This document shows, in pieces, positions 60,738 through 64,000 of a stretch of DNA of 64,000 nucleotides; the stretch's first letter is position 1, and each line of letters opens with the position of its first letter. The translations under genes and the position numbers were made by a program. Origin of the DNA: Pelagomonas calceolata (taxonomy: Eukaryota); contig CAKKNE010000003.1 in NCBI GenBank assembly GCA_918797485.1, forward strand, positions 558,001 through 622,000. The letters are read 5' to 3'. The notes beneath the pieces were generated by a model. The model was given only the letters and a program-made list of their open reading frames with translations. It did no database searches and was not told the DNA's origin.

Positions 60738-63700
60738 TTAGAAATACACCCTCATCGTCGACGCCACATCCTGCCGGCACATCGGGCAGCTCTCCGTCGC
60801 GTGCCGGCCCGCGCACCCGGCGCAGAGGACGTGTCCGCACGGGACCAGCGCGATCTCGCGGTCGCCGTCCATGCACAGCGGGCACTCTTGCGTCGACGGC
60901 GTCGCGATCGGCGGCGGCGGCGGCGCTGCGGGCGGCGGCGCCACGGCCGCCACCAGAAGCTTCTCAGCATCTTCTGGTTTGATCGCAATGTCCACGAGGT
61001 CACTGATCGACAAAAGCGGAAGGGCCTCGATATCAATCTCCTCCGCTGCCAGCGCTCCGGCTATGTGATTCAGGTCGAGGCGCGCCAGGAGGGCGGCGAG
61101 CGGGGCGTCGAGCGCATACGACGCGCCGGCGTCCGCCGCCGGCGCGGTAAGTAGCGGCAGGAGCGACGGCGCGGGGCCGGCGTCGGGCGCCTTCTCCTCG
61201 TCGGCCGGCACGGCGCGGCTACCGGCCGTGCGTCCGGCGAGGCGGCCCAGTTTTCTCAAAGCTTCTTCCGTTATTGACCCGGCGTTTGATTCCAGCTTCA
61301 GTAAATCCTCAACGGCGTGCCTCGGGACATCCGCGTTTTCGTGTCGTGTCCTCCGCGCCGGCGTCGCGTCGTCCTCATCATCATCATCGACGGCGAGGTC
61401 AGAAAGGGCCCGGCGGGGGGCGGTGGGGGCGGCGGGAGGCTTCGGCTGCGGCGGTGGCGGCGGAGGCATCGCTACGGCCCCGACGCTGGAGATAACAATG
61501 CGCGGACCGTCCTGAGAGATACGCAGGCCGGCAGGAGCGGCCACCGTCCGCAGTAGCTTAAGGGCGCCGCCCTTCGGCACTGAAAGTCCACGCGCCGCCG
61601 GGCTTTTGTAGAACTGCGCGAGATCCGTACCGACGATGCGGCCGCCCCGGGAAACGATCCAGCCGCGGAGCGCGCTCGCGAAGGCCATGGCGGGATTAAC
61701 TTCGCGGGCGCGCGGCGCCGCAGCAGGGGGCGCCTTCGTTCGGGCGCGGGCGCGCGGCGCCGGCGCCGACCGCGAAGCTTGTTGTTTCGCCAGGAGCAGC
61801 AAATCGTCGTCGTCGTCGTCCTCAGACGAAGACGAAGACGACACCTCCGCGGCGGAGGCCGGCGCGGGCGCGGGCGCGGGCGCGGGCACCGACGCTTTCT
61901 TGCCTTTTTTTCTGGACTTCTTCGTGGTCCCCGGCCTGTGCTCCTCGGCCTCAAGCGACGCGAGGAGATCTGCCGCCGCCTGGTCCGCCGCCGCCTGGCG
62001 CGCGGCCGTGTCCTCAGCCGCACCATCACCAGCGCCGCCTCCGCCAGTGCCGCCTCCGCGCGCGGCGCGCCGCTTCGCGATGCGCTTCTGGACTCCTATC
62101 GCCGCCTCCGCGAAGGCGTCGAGCGCGACCACGACGCAGTCGTCGCCCAGCTTCATGAGCGTCTTGAGCAGCTTCTCGGCCGTCTTGTGGCCCTTTTTAC
62201 CCCACTTCGCGAGGTGGCCGTGTTCCTTGAGCGCCATCGCCACCGGCACGAACAAGGCCTTGCTAAATTCGGGCGAGTCCTTTCGCATCATCGATTGCGA
62301 TAGGTAGCGCAGAAACTCGTAGACGATCCGCGCGGACGGCCGGCCCGCGTCCTTGGCCTGTGCATAAATCAACCGGTGAGTCGGGTCGAGCTGGCGTCGC
62401 GTCGATGGCGTGGATGTCATAATTCAGCAGTGGCGGAGATTTATGCACTGTCCTTGACAATGTCGAGCAGCGCCCGAAAGTGTTCAAGCGTGAGTTTTCC
62501 GACGTGTTCCCATCGGTGGTCATCGTAGTCGTAGCCGTCCGCGCTATCGAGTCCCGCGCCAAAGTCCCAGCAATTGTCATCGTCGAACTTTGCCATGAAG
62601 TCGTCAGGCAACCGCAGCGACCTAACGCACAGCAGCAGGGCGGCCACGTCCCTCACCTGCAGGCGGCCGTCATGTTTGTCATAGAAGCCGGGGGACGGGT
62701 AAGCAGTAAAGACTTCGAAAATACCAACGTCCGTCGGAATTTGGATCCAATCGGCACAGCTCAAGAGCGGCAACAGGACCTCTACGGTTTCGTCGCAAAT
62801 GAGCAGTGGCACAAGGCCCAGCCTTCCTGGTGGAGAGTGCGTCGTGTGCTTGATTAGCGAAGCGACGAGGACACCGGCTCTGGTACCCCCCTTCAAGAAC
62901 GCGCCACCGCGGGCGAGGGCCCGCGCCATGACGTAGACCACGTCGCGCGAAGGCGGCGCGGCTGTCAGAAGCGCCAAAAGAGAATCGGTGATCAGATTTG
63001 TGCTCGCCTCATCACTGTCGGCGGCGAGCCGGCAGAGGGCAACGGCCACACGTATAAGATTCCTCAGAAGCCCCGCGTCCGTGCGCGGGGTATCCGTCGA
63101 CACGCGTAACAAATGAGAAAACGTTCCCGGAACCGCACCAAGCATGGCGGGCCTCGTGCTCTCGCGCACGATCACATCGACTAGCGCGTCAATGGTACCA
63201 CGGTCCGTCAGGTCCACCCACGTGCTGCCAGCGGATACAACATGTTCGACGAGCACAGCGACCGCCGAGTGGTAGGCCTCGTCGTCGGCGCCGTCCGCGT
63301 CGCGGGCGGCGACGCGCATGATCGCGGCGTCGACCGCCGAGAGCGAGAACTTGGCAGTCATTGAATTTATTAAATCCTTCAGATCCTGCGCCTCCGGACA
63401 AGAGGTTGTCAAGACTAGCGCACAGCCGTCGGTCGGCGCCTTTGGGACGTAGTTGACGAGCGCCACCATCGCGACGGATGCTATAACACTGTCAATCGCC
63501 ATGTCCCCGTCGCCGAAAAAAAGATCATACGCCAGCACCATCTCCGGCAATGCCGAGGCATCGTTCAGGTTCCTGAACTCATCTCTTAGCGAGGTGAGTT
63601 CATCTATGTCATCTGGGCCGACAGGGGGCAAATTGGACCGCCTACATCTAGCGGCAAGGGCGCGAGGCAGCCCGCTCGCCCGCACCGGACGCAGATTCCA

Positions 63701-64000
63701 GGCTTGTGCATTTGAAAGGAGCCGGGCCGCGACGGTGGCGGCGGTGTAGGCGATGCGTTGCGAGGAATCGCAGTCCTCGTCGTCGTCCTGCCCGTCGGTG
63801 CGCAGCGCGGCCGCGAGAAGGGCGCAGAGACAGCGCTGCATTTGGTCATCGAGGTCGCATGTCGCGGTACGGAGGGCGATGCCTGCCAGCGCGATCACGC
63901 TTCCCACGCACTCCCGGAGCTCTCGCCTCAGGCGGCCGGCACTTCGGCGCACAAACTCGTCCGCCAACTCGCCGCGCGCCTGCCGCCGCCGGCCGCCGGC
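60738..64000 (-). CDS. 5'-partial large protein: helical solenoid, SAM domain and C-terminal C3HC4 RING; intron 62458-62358
   Basis: SAM-like LAALLARLDL...EEIDIEALPLLSISDLVDIAI; RING CPLC..PCGHVLCAGC..CPMCR. Introner removal joins ORFs 62441..63967 and 60738..62420 in phase 0, and the frame is open to the window edge. Confidence 0.8.
62358..62450 (-). mobile_element. introner element, variant TIR subfamily (93 bp); intron 62458-62358
   Basis: TIRs CTGTGCATAAATC / GATTTATGCACTG; TSD (gene sense) GTCAAGGA / GCCAAGGA. Confidence 0.9.

Noticed and set aside
1..64000. tRNA/rRNA genes, an autonomous transposase, or a prokaryotic operon/defence system
   Set aside because: None is recognisable. Gene content, spliceosomal introns and targeting peptides indicate a eukaryotic nuclear locus of functionally unrelated genes.

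Overview
Gene-dense, GC-rich eukaryotic nuclear DNA with about 40 compact, mostly intron-poor genes. It most likely comes from a pelagophyte alga (Pelagomonas/Aureococcus-like stramenopile). This is an inference from bipartite plastid-targeting presequences, a MYND-RINGv-TPR gene and introner-type introns. Recognisable genes include virilizer-like, proteasome alpha, phytoene synthase, an RBR E3 ligase, PITH, an SMP-C2-C2-FYVE tether, a truncated ABCG, NudC, a DEAD-box helicase, serpin, proline dehydrogenase, M23 peptidase, TRF-like Myb, a MORN protein, RBM28, ORMDL, MPP-alpha and an aldo-keto reductase. Three non-obvious layers stand out. (1) A ~24-bp element GCTAGCGGC-N-TGTAAGACACTAGCA recurs 14 times (plus weaker copies), always intergenic and about 115-310 bp from start codons, in either orientation. 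(2) Seven copies of one introner/MITE family have CTGTGTGGAAATCAA...TTGATTTCCACACAG TIRs and 8-bp TSDs. The TSD supplies the GT donor and the TIR supplies the AG acceptor. (3) A hidden candidate plastid-targeted selenoprotein has an in-frame UGA at 35470-35468 and a well-formed SECIS-like hairpin with GG in place of AA at 35267-35189. Many genes between about 29.7 and 57.6 kb carry small frameshifts that look like assembly or consensus errors, so exact CDS boundaries there are approximate.
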